The position numbers and the translations under genes were made by a program. Below are positions 17,251-26,814 of a stretch of DNA of 64,000 bases, piece after piece (the first letter of the stretch is position 1; each line of letters begins with the position of its first letter). Source of the DNA: a virus; IMG/VR virus record IMGVR_UViG_3300020213_000029, positions 5,652 through 69,651 of that record; one strand, given 5' to 3'. Below the pieces are notes generated by a model, which worked only from the letters and a program-made list of their open reading frames with translations, was not told the DNA's origin and ran no database searches.

Positions 17251-17997
17251 ATGGAAGAAGTGTTTGCGCTAATTATCGTAAAAAATGAGGCCCATCGATT
17301 CTTGGATTCAATCTTAGCATGGCACTCGACATTCATTGAGAATGTGTTTATAGTCGACGATGGGTCGACCGACGAAACGGCACGCATCTGTAACAAGTAC
17401 GCCGAGTGGGTGGTGCGGCGACCGGACGACGTACCGTCGTTCCTAGAAGATGAAGCGGCCTTTCGGGGCTGGGCCTGGAAAGCCGTCGGTGACTGTCTGG
17501 AGCTAAAAGAAGACGATTGGCTCCTCCTGCTCGACGCCGACGAATATTACATGCCGCAATGGGGTGTACAGCAAATCGGAGACGACGCCAGAAGTATCGG
17601 GGCGGACGCCATACGGTTCAAGATGCCAGAAGTATGGTTTGCTGATAGCATGGAGAACGGTCGTCATCTCTATGTGAGAAAAGATGGTTTTTGGAACAAG
17701 AACAGGAACATCCGCATGGTGCGATATCATCGCAACGCTACATTTAAGACGGGCGTAATGGGCGGTGGATCTGTGCCTTCAGACTACAATGGTTGCAAGA
17801 TACTTGACACCAACGACGTTATCCTCCACTTCGGCTACCTGTTCCCCGAAGACAGGCTAGAAAAATATGAGCGCTACAAATTGATTGCGAACTCCCATAG
17901 TCAGGCCCATATCGATTCCATCCTGAGAATGGCCGAATTGGAGCTATGGGAAGGGCCGGAGCCGATATGGTGGCGTGGACTGTCGGAGTCGTTGTAG
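17251..17997 (+). CDS. Glycosyltransferase family 2-like
   Basis: VKNE, VDDGSTD.T, LDADE, LHFGY. Confidence 0.85.
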   Translation: MEEVFALIIVKNEAHRFLDSILAWHSTFIENVFIVDDGSTDETARICNKYAEWVVRRPDDVPSFLEDEAAFRGWAWKAVGDCLELKEDDWLLLLDADEYYMPQWGVQQIGDDARSIGADAIRFKMPEVWFADSMENGRHLYVRKDGFWNKNRNIRMVRYHRNATFKTGVMGGGSVPSDYNGCKILDTNDVILHFGYLFPEDRLEKYERYKLIANSHSQAHIDSILRMAELELWEGPEPIWWRGLSESL

Positions 17998-18593
17998 CAA
18001 CGTTCGGATCTCGTGAGTGGAGTATTCGGGGCGACAAGCTGGCGCAAAAAAAGATCGACGAAGGCGTGAACTGCATTCATGTTCACGGCTCGACCCTGTC
18101 GGAAGCCCGCAACATTGGGGCGCTCTACATCGACACCGACTACGTGGTTTTTCTCGACGCCGACGACGACTTGGCCTCAGGCTATACGGAAGCGATGGCG
18201 GCAGCGATCGACCCGAACTGGCCTTTCGACGCCATCCTGCAGCCCTCCACACAGGGCAGGGTTGACGGTGTCCTCGACGATTTCCCGCTGCTGATCCCCC
18301 AAGCAAATCTGTACCAGAGGAACTATTTGGTGATCGGGAGTGCCGTATGTCGTACCGATTTTCTTCATATCGGCGGGTTCCGTGAATTGCCTTGCCTCGA
18401 AGACTGGGACTGCTGGATCCGTTTGATTATAAGTGGCGCTTCTGTAAAACGAGTGCCTGACGCAGTGTATATTGTGAATGTCATGCCCAATGGCCGGAAC
18501 AGTCAGTCGATGTTGCATGGCCAGATTTATCACCAACTACAGCAGGAGTATGCTCAGCATGCCGACACGCTCCGGCAGCACAGATATATCTAA
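17967..18593 (+). CDS. Glycosyltransferase family 2
   Basis: ARN.G, VFLDADD, GGF, EDWD.WIR. Confidence 0.85.
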   Translation: MVAWTVGVVVATFGSREWSIRGDKLAQKKIDEGVNCIHVHGSTLSEARNIGALYIDTDYVVFLDADDDLASGYTEAMAAAIDPNWPFDAILQPSTQGRVDGVLDDFPLLIPQANLYQRNYLVIGSAVCRTDFLHIGGFRELPCLEDWDCWIRLIISGASVKRVPDAVYIVNVMPNGRNSQSMLHGQIYHQLQQEYAQHADTLRQHRYI

Positions 18594-18605
18594 GAGGCGG
18601 GAAAA

Positions 18606-19280
18606 GTGATTCAGTTTACTGTAATGGTTCCCGTCTCTAGCGTCCTTTCGCAGCGACGGAGACAACTCCTGGAGTGGACACTGGACCGATACCTCGGCTT
18701 TTGGGACGAGAACGAGCTGAAGATCGTCATCGGCACCGATGACTCGGAACCGTTCAACCGGGCAAAGGCACGTAATATCGGATTAGCACAGGTTGACACA
18801 GAATATGTCCTGATCGCCGACGGAGACACTGCCTGCGAAGCGATGCCGGTCAACCTGGGGCTCAATCTGCTCGACGGGGGAGCCCCCTGGGTAATCCCGT
18901 ACGGACACACCGACTACTATAACCTTACCGAGGACTGCACCAACAGTATCTTGGACAATCCTATGGACCCAATTATGGATCCGCAATGGGATCACAAAAT
19001 CCATTCCTGGGCCGGGCTTCTCCTGGCAAGGACTGAGGACTGCCGCAAAATCGGTGGCTACGACGAACGATTCGACGGATGGGGATGGGAGGATTTAGCC
19101 TTCATGATTAAAATGGACCACTGTATTGGTCCTCATCGTCGCACTAACGGTCGAGCGTTACATTTGTGGCATCCTCGGGGTGATGATGAATTCGGGACCC
19201 CGCAGGAGTCGAAGAACAGAGCCCTTTTCGATAAGGAGTATCGAATCCCCTACGACTGGCACGATGAGCGCCTTCGATAA
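18606..19280 (+). CDS. Galactosyltransferase-like protein (GT7 C-terminal type)
   Basis: FNRAKARNIG, ADGD, GGYDERFDGWGWED, HLWH. Confidence 0.85.
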   Translation: MIQFTVMVPVSSVLSQRRRQLLEWTLDRYLGFWDENELKIVIGTDDSEPFNRAKARNIGLAQVDTEYVLIADGDTACEAMPVNLGLNLLDGGAPWVIPYGHTDYYNLTEDCTNSILDNPMDPIMDPQWDHKIHSWAGLLLARTEDCRKIGGYDERFDGWGWEDLAFMIKMDHCIGPHRRTNGRALHLWHPRGDDEFGTPQESKNRALFDKEYRIPYDWHDERLR

Positions 19281-19300
19281 AATTATGATATACTGCGGAC

Positions 19301-20533
19301 GTGAAACTAAGTATTATTGGAGCCGGAAAATTGGGACTACCCCTGGGGGGAGTTCTCGCTGAGGCTGGGCATGAAGTAATCGTTACAGACGTTAACGATA
19401 CGCTCATCGAAGCGCTCCGTACCGGCACCTATGCGTCGGTGGAACCCGACTTGGATGATCTCCTGGCCCGCACCAAACTACAATTTACTACCGATGTCGC
19501 TGGCGCAGCCCGAGACACCGAAGTGTCGTTTATTGTCGTCCCTACTCCTTCTAATCAGAATGATGAATTCTCTAACGAGTTCGTGCTCCAAGCGATAGCC
19601 AGCATCGGCGAAGGGATCGCCGGAAAAGTAGCCGAACATACCGTTGTCCTTGTTTCCACCGTAATGCCGGGAGCGTCAACCGACATAATCATTCCCGCCT
19701 TGGAGGCACACTCTGGAAGAGAAATCGGGGTGCACCTCAATTATGCCTACTCACCAGAATTCGTTGCCCTCGGGTCCATCATCGCCAACATGAAGAGCCC
19801 CGATTTCCTGCTGATCGGCGAAGCAAATCGGCGGGCTGGGACAGTACTGAGCTTTATCTACCACACGTACTTGGTGTACCCACAAATTGTTCGGGTATCC
19901 GTAATCGATGCAGAGATCGCAAAACTGTCGATCAACTGCTATTTAACAGTCAAGATTTCGTTCGCCAACATGATCAGCGAACTCTGTGAAGCCTTCAAAG
20001 GTGCCTCGGCCCGAGCGGTATGCGATGCCATCGGACAGGACCGTCGCATCGGTCCTGATCTCCTTCGGGAAGGAACGGCCTCGGCCGGACCCTGCCTTCC
20101 GCGAGATCTGCGAGCCCTGTCACGGGCAATGTTCGTTCGCAACCTCCCTGATGAAATGGTATGGGCAGCGAACAGAGTCAACAAGCGACAGGTTCAACGT
20201 CTTAGAGGTATGGCGCTCTCTTTTGGTCCTAAAAAGGTTGCGGTGCTGGGAATCTCTTACAAACCGAACACATTCGTCACTGATGCTTCGGTTGGTTTAG
20301 CGTTGATGGGCTCTTTGGAGCAGAGGGGGGCGAAGGTCCAGGGTTATGATCCAATGGCCGTGTTTCCTGGTCAAGCAGTGACCATTGGCGCCGCTTTGGC
20401 TCACGCCGATGTTGTTGTGATCACGACTGCATGGCCCGAATTCGCTGCCATCGACTACGGCGAAACGCATGTGATAGATTGCTTTGGCATAGCGAAGTAT
20501 GGACGGAATATACACCGACTGGGGTTCGGATGA
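19301..20533 (+). CDS. UDP-glucose/GDP-mannose 6-dehydrogenase family protein
   Basis: GAGKLG, VPTP, STVMPG, YSPEF, AEIAK..N, GPCLPRD, LGISYKPNT, YDP. Confidence 0.92.
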   Translation: MKLSIIGAGKLGLPLGGVLAEAGHEVIVTDVNDTLIEALRTGTYASVEPDLDDLLARTKLQFTTDVAGAARDTEVSFIVVPTPSNQNDEFSNEFVLQAIASIGEGIAGKVAEHTVVLVSTVMPGASTDIIIPALEAHSGREIGVHLNYAYSPEFVALGSIIANMKSPDFLLIGEANRRAGTVLSFIYHTYLVYPQIVRVSVIDAEIAKLSINCYLTVKISFANMISELCEAFKGASARAVCDAIGQDRRIGPDLLREGTASAGPCLPRDLRALSRAMFVRNLPDEMVWAANRVNKRQVQRLRGMALSFGPKKVAVLGISYKPNTFVTDASVGLALMGSLEQRGAKVQGYDPMAVFPGQAVTIGAALAHADVVVITTAWPEFAAIDYGETHVIDCFGIAKYGRNIHRLGFG

Positions 20534-21333
20534 TCACGTTCCGTCAGCTGGGCCTGGCGGGGAGACTCGGGAATCAGCTGCACCAGATAGCGAGCACTAT
20601 CGGTATCGCAACCGCTCTCGGCGAGTCGTGGTGTTTCCCTCAGTGGGATTATGAACCGTTTTTCTCTATCCCCGAAGACTGGTTTGTTGACGATCCGTAC
20701 GGAGAAGATGCCACCAATTATGTCCCCCATATGGATGAGCGGGCCAAAGTTTATCTTCAGGACTACGGGCTGTGGCGGGACGTGAAAGATATCGTCTTTG
20801 CAGCATTACAGCCGTCAGTGGAAGCTCAGATCGAGGTCCACAAGCATCAAGACTACCTGAATCTCCCCGGGCCGCTTCTGGTCATGCATGTGCGGCGGGG
20901 CGATAATGCGACCTCTTACCTTCGGGGGGAAGAGGGCTTTCATCCCCTGCGCCCCAGTAGTTATTACCGGGAAGCGCTGACGCTGCTAGAACACGAGAGC
21001 CTTGCCATATTCTCCGATGACATTCCTTGGTGCCGACAAGAATTCGCTGATCTCGATGCCTTCTATTTTGTGGGTGGTAGTTCCAGAGCCAAAGAACATG
21101 AACCCGAGTATTTCACGGCACCGATTGAGGATTGGATCGATCTTACGGCTATGGAGCGAGGCGACGCCTTTATTATGTCCAACAGTAGCTACTCTTATTG
21201 GGCGGCGTTTCTGTCTGGTGTTGATGGGCCACAAATCATTTTTCCAGACCCGTTCTTCGGACCTCGTCTGCCGTACATAAATACCGACCTGATGTTCCCG
21301 CCCGACTGGAGAAAACTGCCACATGCTCCTTGA
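20530..21333 (+). CDS. GT11 alpha-1,2-fucosyltransferase-like protein
   Basis: GRLGNQL, HVRRGD, IFSDDI.WC, SNSSYSYWAA. Confidence 0.9.
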   Translation: MITFRQLGLAGRLGNQLHQIASTIGIATALGESWCFPQWDYEPFFSIPEDWFVDDPYGEDATNYVPHMDERAKVYLQDYGLWRDVKDIVFAALQPSVEAQIEVHKHQDYLNLPGPLLVMHVRRGDNATSYLRGEEGFHPLRPSSYYREALTLLEHESLAIFSDDIPWCRQEFADLDAFYFVGGSSRAKEHEPEYFTAPIEDWIDLTAMERGDAFIMSNSSYSYWAAFLSGVDGPQIIFPDPFFGPRLPYINTDLMFPPDWRKLPHAP

Positions 21334-21955
21334 ATTGCCTGATCTCGTCCGAGACTTTAACCTCAATATCACCGGTATTGTCCACGTAGGAGCCCACCTC
21401 GGGGAAGAGGCTGAGGTTTACTCACGATATACCGATAACGTTTGGTGGATCGAAGGGAACCCCGGCGTGATGGGAAAACTACAAGGTCTCCTTGCCCCAT
21501 ATCCGACTCATCATTTGATCAATGCATTAGTAACTAACCAAGATTACGGACAGCGCATCTTTCATGTGAGCAACTATGACGGCATGTCGAGCAGCGTGTT
21601 TCCCTTCGGACAACTTCACCTGGACAGCTCCCCTGACACGATATTTGTTGGCGATTTAAAATTGGAAACTCGCACTCTCGACTCATTAGTGAAAGAGCAT
21701 CACATCACAGGCGTGAACATGCTCTGTATGGATCTGCAAGGCGCTGAGCTTCTAGCCCTCAAAGGAGCATCAAAACTTTTGGGCGGCATCGATTATGTGT
21801 ACACAGAAGTTAACGACGATTTTGTGTATGAGGGATGTGCTTTAGTGGGAGAGTTAGACGAGTTACTTTTTGGTTTTACTAGGGTAGAGACCCGATGGAC
21901 CCCAGCTCGTTGGGGAGATGCTCTTTTTTGCAGGAATCATTCCGGTGAGCTTTAA
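21323..21955 (+). CDS. FkbM-family methyltransferase
   Basis: HVGAHLGEE, MDLQGAEL..LKG, YTEVN...YEG, WGDALF. Confidence 0.9.
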   Translation: MLLELPDLVRDFNLNITGIVHVGAHLGEEAEVYSRYTDNVWWIEGNPGVMGKLQGLLAPYPTHHLINALVTNQDYGQRIFHVSNYDGMSSSVFPFGQLHLDSSPDTIFVGDLKLETRTLDSLVKEHHITGVNMLCMDLQGAELLALKGASKLLGGIDYVYTEVNDDFVYEGCALVGELDELLFGFTRVETRWTPARWGDALFCRNHSGEL

Positions 21956-22700
21956 AATTATATCGGCGGGGTGGCAATGCTCTAACTATCTTGAATGGAC
22001 CTTGGCGTCCGTGGAAGAACAGTCCATCCCCGACTGGGAAATCATGATCATCGACGACGCCTCCACGGACCCCCGTCAGGCTGAGAAAATCGTGAAGTGG
22101 TGCGAAAGTAGAGATAAACGGTGGCATTACCGGATCAACGAGATCAACCTCGGAACCCCCAGAAATCAGTACGAAGGCATTCACATGTTGAGCCCCGCAC
22201 CTGAGGATGTCATCGTCTTTCTCGACCTCGACGGCGACAAGTTGGCCCATCCTAAGGTTTTGGAGCAGCTGCGAAAGTATTATGCTGACGGAACGCTCGT
22301 AACTTACGGATCATATATACCGGTGCCGGATATGGGCACCTCTACCCCCGCCCGACCGTTCCCTGATAAGGTAGTACAGAACCGATCCTACCGGGAAGCG
22401 ATCCGGGGTGGGCATACCGGGTTCAACCACCTTCGGACTATGAAAGCAAAAGTCTTCTACGCCATGCCTGAGTCGAATTTCAAGTGGAGTGACGGATCCT
22501 GGTACCTCCACGGTACTGACTACGTCTTTATGACGGCAGCGTTAGAGTTGGCTGACGGGAAATACAAGTGTATCGAAGAGGTGTTGTTGATCTATAATCA
22601 TGCCAACCCCAACGCCGATTTCCGCACGAAGAGTGTACAATCGCACGCCTGCAACACCGATTATCTGCAACGCTCACCTCTCGCCCCGCTAGGAGAATAG
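21945..22700 (+). CDS. Glycosyltransferase family 2
   Basis: SV..Q, IIDDASTD, FLDLDGD, HLRT.K, YN..NP. Confidence 0.85.
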   Translation: MSFKIISAGWQCSNYLEWTLASVEEQSIPDWEIMIIDDASTDPRQAEKIVKWCESRDKRWHYRINEINLGTPRNQYEGIHMLSPAPEDVIVFLDLDGDKLAHPKVLEQLRKYYADGTLVTYGSYIPVPDMGTSTPARPFPDKVVQNRSYREAIRGGHTGFNHLRTMKAKVFYAMPESNFKWSDGSWYLHGTDYVFMTAALELADGKYKCIEEVLLIYNHANPNADFRTKSVQSHACNTDYLQRSPLAPLGE

Positions 22701-22701
22701 T

Positions 22702-23256
22702 TTGCGCTACATGTCCGCCGAAGAACGACGAGCTGTGCTCTTGGAATACGGCAAAAAGTATCGACTGGAAATTTTCATCGAGACAGGCACGAACACCGGT
22801 GACACTCCGTGGGCTTTGAAAGACCATTTTGTCGACCTGTATACAATCGAGTTGGACGAAAAACTGTATACCGCTGCCTCGGAACGGTTCAAAGATCTTC
22901 CTCAGGTGCGTGTTTTGCCGGGCGACTCGTCCTACGTGCTGCCCAACATTCTCAATATCGTGCGAGGCCCGGCTCTACTGTGGCTCGACGGACATCATAG
23001 CGGCCCCGGGACTGGGCGAGGAGAGTTCGACACGCCTATCGTCAAGGAGCTGGAAGCAATATTCACCGATGATCGGCGGCATGTGATTCTGATCGACGAC
23101 GCCCGAATATTTGATGGGCAACCGGAACATAATGATGAACCGCATTATGCTGATTACCCAAGCTGCGAGTGGATCGAAGATGTGGCCAAGTCTTACGGGT
23201 ATGACTACGAACTGCGAGACGACATTGTGAGGCTGACGCCCCATGCGGTTGACTGA
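22702..23256 (+). CDS. Putative SAM-dependent methyltransferase
   Basis: FIETGT..G, TIEL, GDS, WLDGH.SG, LIDDAR. Confidence 0.8.
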   Translation: MRYMSAEERRAVLLEYGKKYRLEIFIETGTNTGDTPWALKDHFVDLYTIELDEKLYTAASERFKDLPQVRVLPGDSSYVLPNILNIVRGPALLWLDGHHSGPGTGRGEFDTPIVKELEAIFTDDRRHVILIDDARIFDGQPEHNDEPHYADYPSCEWIEDVAKSYGYDYELRDDIVRLTPHAVD

Positions 23257-24259
23257 TTTCGCCAGCGACACTTACTCGCAGTTCGGTGAAGATGGGATGA
23301 TCGAGCATATTTTCGGCATCATAGGGGAAGGCACCCGACGCTGTGTGGAGTTCGGGGCAGCGGATGGATCGTCATGCTCTAATACCCGCAAACTCTGGGA
23401 ACAGGGATGGACGGCGCTTCTGGTAGAAGGGGACACCGATTGTTACGCCGCCCTCAAAGAAACATTGCTCTGGCATCCGAACTGTATTTCTGTCAACACC
23501 TATTTGACACCAACAGGACCGGAGTCTATTGACAATATTTTGGCGCAATATGTATTTGCTGAGGTGGACCTTATCTCGATCGATGTGGACGGTCTGGACT
23601 ACGATATTTGGGCAGCGATGGACATCCGACCCCGGGTAATTTGCATCGAATATAACCAATCGATTCCGCCCCAGTTCTCTGTTAGGCAGAAAAATCCCAG
23701 AGAGTCGTTCGGCGCTTCCGCTTTGGCGCTTGTAGATCTAGCTCATGACAAAGGCTATGAGCTTGTCGGGATGAATAAGGCGAACCTATTCTTTGTGGTT
23801 CAAGACGAAGCACAACCATTTGTCGACTACGGTCATCTCTCGGAACTTTTCCCCTGCGAGGATCTGTGCTATGTCGCTACCGACTATCAGGGTAGACCCC
23901 TTATCCTGGGTGGCCCACCATGGGGACTCTCGGAGACCCCTTTCATCGGAGAAACTTATGGTGGATACAAAACTGTTGGTCCTTACTGGGATCTCATTAA
24001 AGTATTAGAAGCGGAAGTCGGCTCTCATGCTCTCGTCATCGGTCAAGACTGGGAGGTTAGCCCATCGAGGGAGACGGAGGCAGGCGTCGCAGCGTATCGA
24101 CGAGTCTTCGACCTGCGGAGTCCTCTCGTCATCATAGACATAGCGAACCAGGCTGATGTAGAATGTTGTCGCTGGGTGGAAACTGTGTCCAAAGAGTATG
24201 GTTTTAAAATGCGTATAATCGGAAAGGAACTTGTGGTGTTTACAAGGGATACAGTATGA
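23243..24259 (+). CDS. FkbM-like methyltransferase
   Basis: YSQFGEDG, VEFGAADG..SN, SIDVDGLDY, IEYN, KGY.LV...NLFFV. Confidence 0.82.
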   Translation: MRLTDFASDTYSQFGEDGMIEHIFGIIGEGTRRCVEFGAADGSSCSNTRKLWEQGWTALLVEGDTDCYAALKETLLWHPNCISVNTYLTPTGPESIDNILAQYVFAEVDLISIDVDGLDYDIWAAMDIRPRVICIEYNQSIPPQFSVRQKNPRESFGASALALVDLAHDKGYELVGMNKANLFFVVQDEAQPFVDYGHLSELFPCEDLCYVATDYQGRPLILGGPPWGLSETPFIGETYGGYKTVGPYWDLIKVLEAEVGSHALVIGQDWEVSPSRETEAGVAAYRRVFDLRSPLVIIDIANQADVECCRWVETVSKEYGFKMRIIGKELVVFTRDTV

Positions 24260-25008
24260 CGGTTTCGATTATAATTCTCAACTACAATAGTCCCGAAGTA
24301 ATCAACGTTTGTCTCACAACCCTCAAGATTACTGAAGGAGTTGATTACGAAGTCGTCGTCGTAGATAACGGCAGTGACTCAGACTCTGTCGAGGCACTAA
24401 AACAACATCACGCCGAAGGGCGCATCGACACTTTAGTCCTGGAGCCGGTAAACCATTTTTTTTCGGGCGGCAATAATATTGGAGTAAAGAATATCCGAGC
24501 TGATTCAGAATTCATTTTGCTGCTCAACTCTGATGTAGGTTTTCTCCGCCCCGATTGGCTGCAAAAGGCACTGGCTTGGATGGACGGCACAATCGAATAT
24601 AAGCCCACGGTTTGGGGGTTGAAACCAACGATACCGAAGTCTGGACCGAGAGACATTGTTTCCATCGGCTGGAGTCACGACGTCAACATCCAGCCCGGAC
24701 GGGTACGCCCGGAAGGTTGGTGTTGTTTGATACGGCGTCATCTTTGGCAAGACATGAGCCTTGACTTTCCATTCCATTATGGATTCGAGGAAATGATCGC
24801 CAGCGTCGTGCGGGGCGGTGCCAAAATTGGGGCACTTTGTCAATACGCCCCCTATCTGGTCCACCGTGAAGGCGGAAGTGGGCGAGCCCGGACCGAGATC
24901 ATTAATACCCGAGTCCCCGATATTCCTGGTTGGTTCGCCGGGCTAGAAATAGAATCCCTCGACTTCACGCTCGGACCAGACGAGCACGATTCCTATATGA
25001 GTTGGTGA
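24256..25008 (+). CDS. Glycosyltransferase family 2
   Basis: SIIILNYN, VVDNGS, NN.G, LLNSD. Confidence 0.8.
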   Translation: MTVSIIILNYNSPEVINVCLTTLKITEGVDYEVVVVDNGSDSDSVEALKQHHAEGRIDTLVLEPVNHFFSGGNNIGVKNIRADSEFILLLNSDVGFLRPDWLQKALAWMDGTIEYKPTVWGLKPTIPKSGPRDIVSIGWSHDVNIQPGRVRPEGWCCLIRRHLWQDMSLDFPFHYGFEEMIASVVRGGAKIGALCQYAPYLVHREGGSGRARTEIINTRVPDIPGWFAGLEIESLDFTLGPDEHDSYMSW

Positions 25009-25011
25009 CCA

Positions 25012-25617
25012 ATGGACAAGTTAATCCTAGAAGAACGATACCAGAAAGCGTGCCGTGAGCCGAGCGATATTTACGAACATCTCCCCGTGTTCGTCGACGC
25101 CGTACAGGAACTAAAAGCGCAAAAGATCATCGAACTCGGCGTGCGCTACGGGGTCTCTACACTGGCGTGGATGTATGGACTCTCCCAGCAGGGACACGGA
25201 CATCTCTGGGCAGTCGACACCAGTTTTCCATTCTATATTGTTGACGACCATGTTGTGACGAACCTCCTGGATCCACAAGGATATTTAGGGGTAGTGCCGT
25301 ACTGGACTTTCATCCTCGGCAATGACACCGACACCGTGGTTCTCGACGCTCTCCCTCAAGACGTAGATATCATCCTGATCGACACCAATCACGTTTATGA
25401 AGAGACACTCGTCGAGCTAAACCTCTATTATCCTCGGGTGAAAAAAGGCGGGCGGATTTTTTTGCATGATACTGCCCTAGAAGTCACCGGCAACGACCCT
25501 GATAATAAGGTGAAGTTCCCGGTCAGGACAGCAGTGGACGAGTTCTGTGACTCGAACGGGCTCCGTTGGACAAATAATGAGCGCTGTTATGGACTCGGCA
25601 CGATTTATTGTGATTAG
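25012..25617 (+). CDS. Class I SAM methyltransferase (Methyltransf_24-like)
   Basis: IELGVRYGVST, IDTNH.YE, GG.I.LHDT. Confidence 0.85.
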   Translation: MDKLILEERYQKACREPSDIYEHLPVFVDAVQELKAQKIIELGVRYGVSTLAWMYGLSQQGHGHLWAVDTSFPFYIVDDHVVTNLLDPQGYLGVVPYWTFILGNDTDTVVLDALPQDVDIILIDTNHVYEETLVELNLYYPRVKKGGRIFLHDTALEVTGNDPDNKVKFPVRTAVDEFCDSNGLRWTNNERCYGLGTIYCD

Positions 25618-25645
25618 CTGATAAAAATATGCTATAATTAACTGT

Positions 25646-26620
25646 ATGGCGGCAGTAGTAGTTCTTGGTGGGGGTGGCTTCATAGGTGGACACCTAGCCC
25701 TTCGACTCCGAAATGGGCGACACGATGTCACTTGTGTAGACATAAAGCCACTGCCTGAATGGTGTCAGGTTCTCGCTGGTGTCACCAATATAGACGTCTG
25801 TGATCTGTCGACGTATCAACAGGCACGCAAAGTGATGGAGTCTAAAGATTTTGAGGCAGCCTTTCTTCTTGCAGCAAATATGGGCGGCATATCGTGGATA
25901 ACCCATCAGCCTCTTGAGTGTATTCTGTCCGTAGATATTTCGTCCTCCTGCTTAAAGGCGGCTAGAGATACTGGAGTACGGAGGCTTTTCTACAGTTCGT
26001 CTGCATGTGCTTACCCAGTTCGGCTTCAAGCCGATGTAGATAGTCTCAGCTTGTCTGAGGATATGACTTGGCAGGGTCGAGCGGAATTCGGCTACGGCGA
26101 AGAAAAACTATTTACTGAATCGCTGTGCGAAATTTTCAATACATATTCGGACCTAGAGACTAGGGTTGCCCGTTTTCATAACATCTATGGCCCATACACC
26201 AGTTTTGACGGCGGCCGAGAGAAGGCACCTGCTGCGATCTGTCGCAAAGTTATCGAGGCCAAGCTCTCCGGGAACCATACGATCGAAATTTGGGGAGATG
26301 GGGAGCAGACCAGAAGTTTCTGTTATGTCGACGATTGTATAGCAGGCATCATCCGGATTATGAACTCTGATTACACTCAGCCGCTCAATTTGGGAAGCTC
26401 CGAACTGGTCACGGTAAATACACTGGTGTCAATTGTCGAAGAAATTGCCGATATAAAGTTGAAACGTGTTTATAATTTGGATGCCCCTCAAGGCGTACGG
26501 GGCCGAAACTCCGATAATACCTTGATAAACCAGGTACTAAATTGGGAACCTCGCATCAAGTTGTCCGACGGAATGAAAGCTACATATGACTGGATCTGGA
26601 GGGAAATCAACAGTGCCTGA
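25646..26620 (+). CDS. NAD-dependent epimerase, GDP-mannose 3,5-epimerase-like
   Basis: GGGGFIG, AANMGG, YSSSACAYP, YG.EK, RFHNIYGP, GGREKAPAAICRK, WGDGEQTRSF, GVRGRNSDN. Confidence 0.88.
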   Translation: MAAVVVLGGGGFIGGHLALRLRNGRHDVTCVDIKPLPEWCQVLAGVTNIDVCDLSTYQQARKVMESKDFEAAFLLAANMGGISWITHQPLECILSVDISSSCLKAARDTGVRRLFYSSSACAYPVRLQADVDSLSLSEDMTWQGRAEFGYGEEKLFTESLCEIFNTYSDLETRVARFHNIYGPYTSFDGGREKAPAAICRKVIEAKLSGNHTIEIWGDGEQTRSFCYVDDCIAGIIRIMNSDYTQPLNLGSSELVTVNTLVSIVEEIADIKLKRVYNLDAPQGVRGRNSDNTLINQVLNWEPRIKLSDGMKATYDWIWREINSA

Positions 26621-26813
26621 ACTGCTGCAACTGGCCCTCTCAATGGGCTGCAAAATCGATAACTTCACTCTGCTTTGCAAACTAGTGATCGACGGTCGGC
26701 TCAACTGTTTCCTTATAGAAAACAGTATGGCCTGTCTTAATGTAGACGGAGTCCCCTGGGTAATGGTCGGAAGAGATATACCACAAGGTATGTTATACGA
26801 GTTTGTGGACTAA
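26613..26813 (+). CDS. Small hypothetical protein
   Basis: GTG with GGAGG RBS, overlapping the epimerase stop. Confidence 0.4.
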   Translation: MPELLQLALSMGCKIDNFTLLCKLVIDGRLNCFLIENSMACLNVDGVPWVMVGRDIPQGMLYEFVD

Positions 26814-26814
26814 A

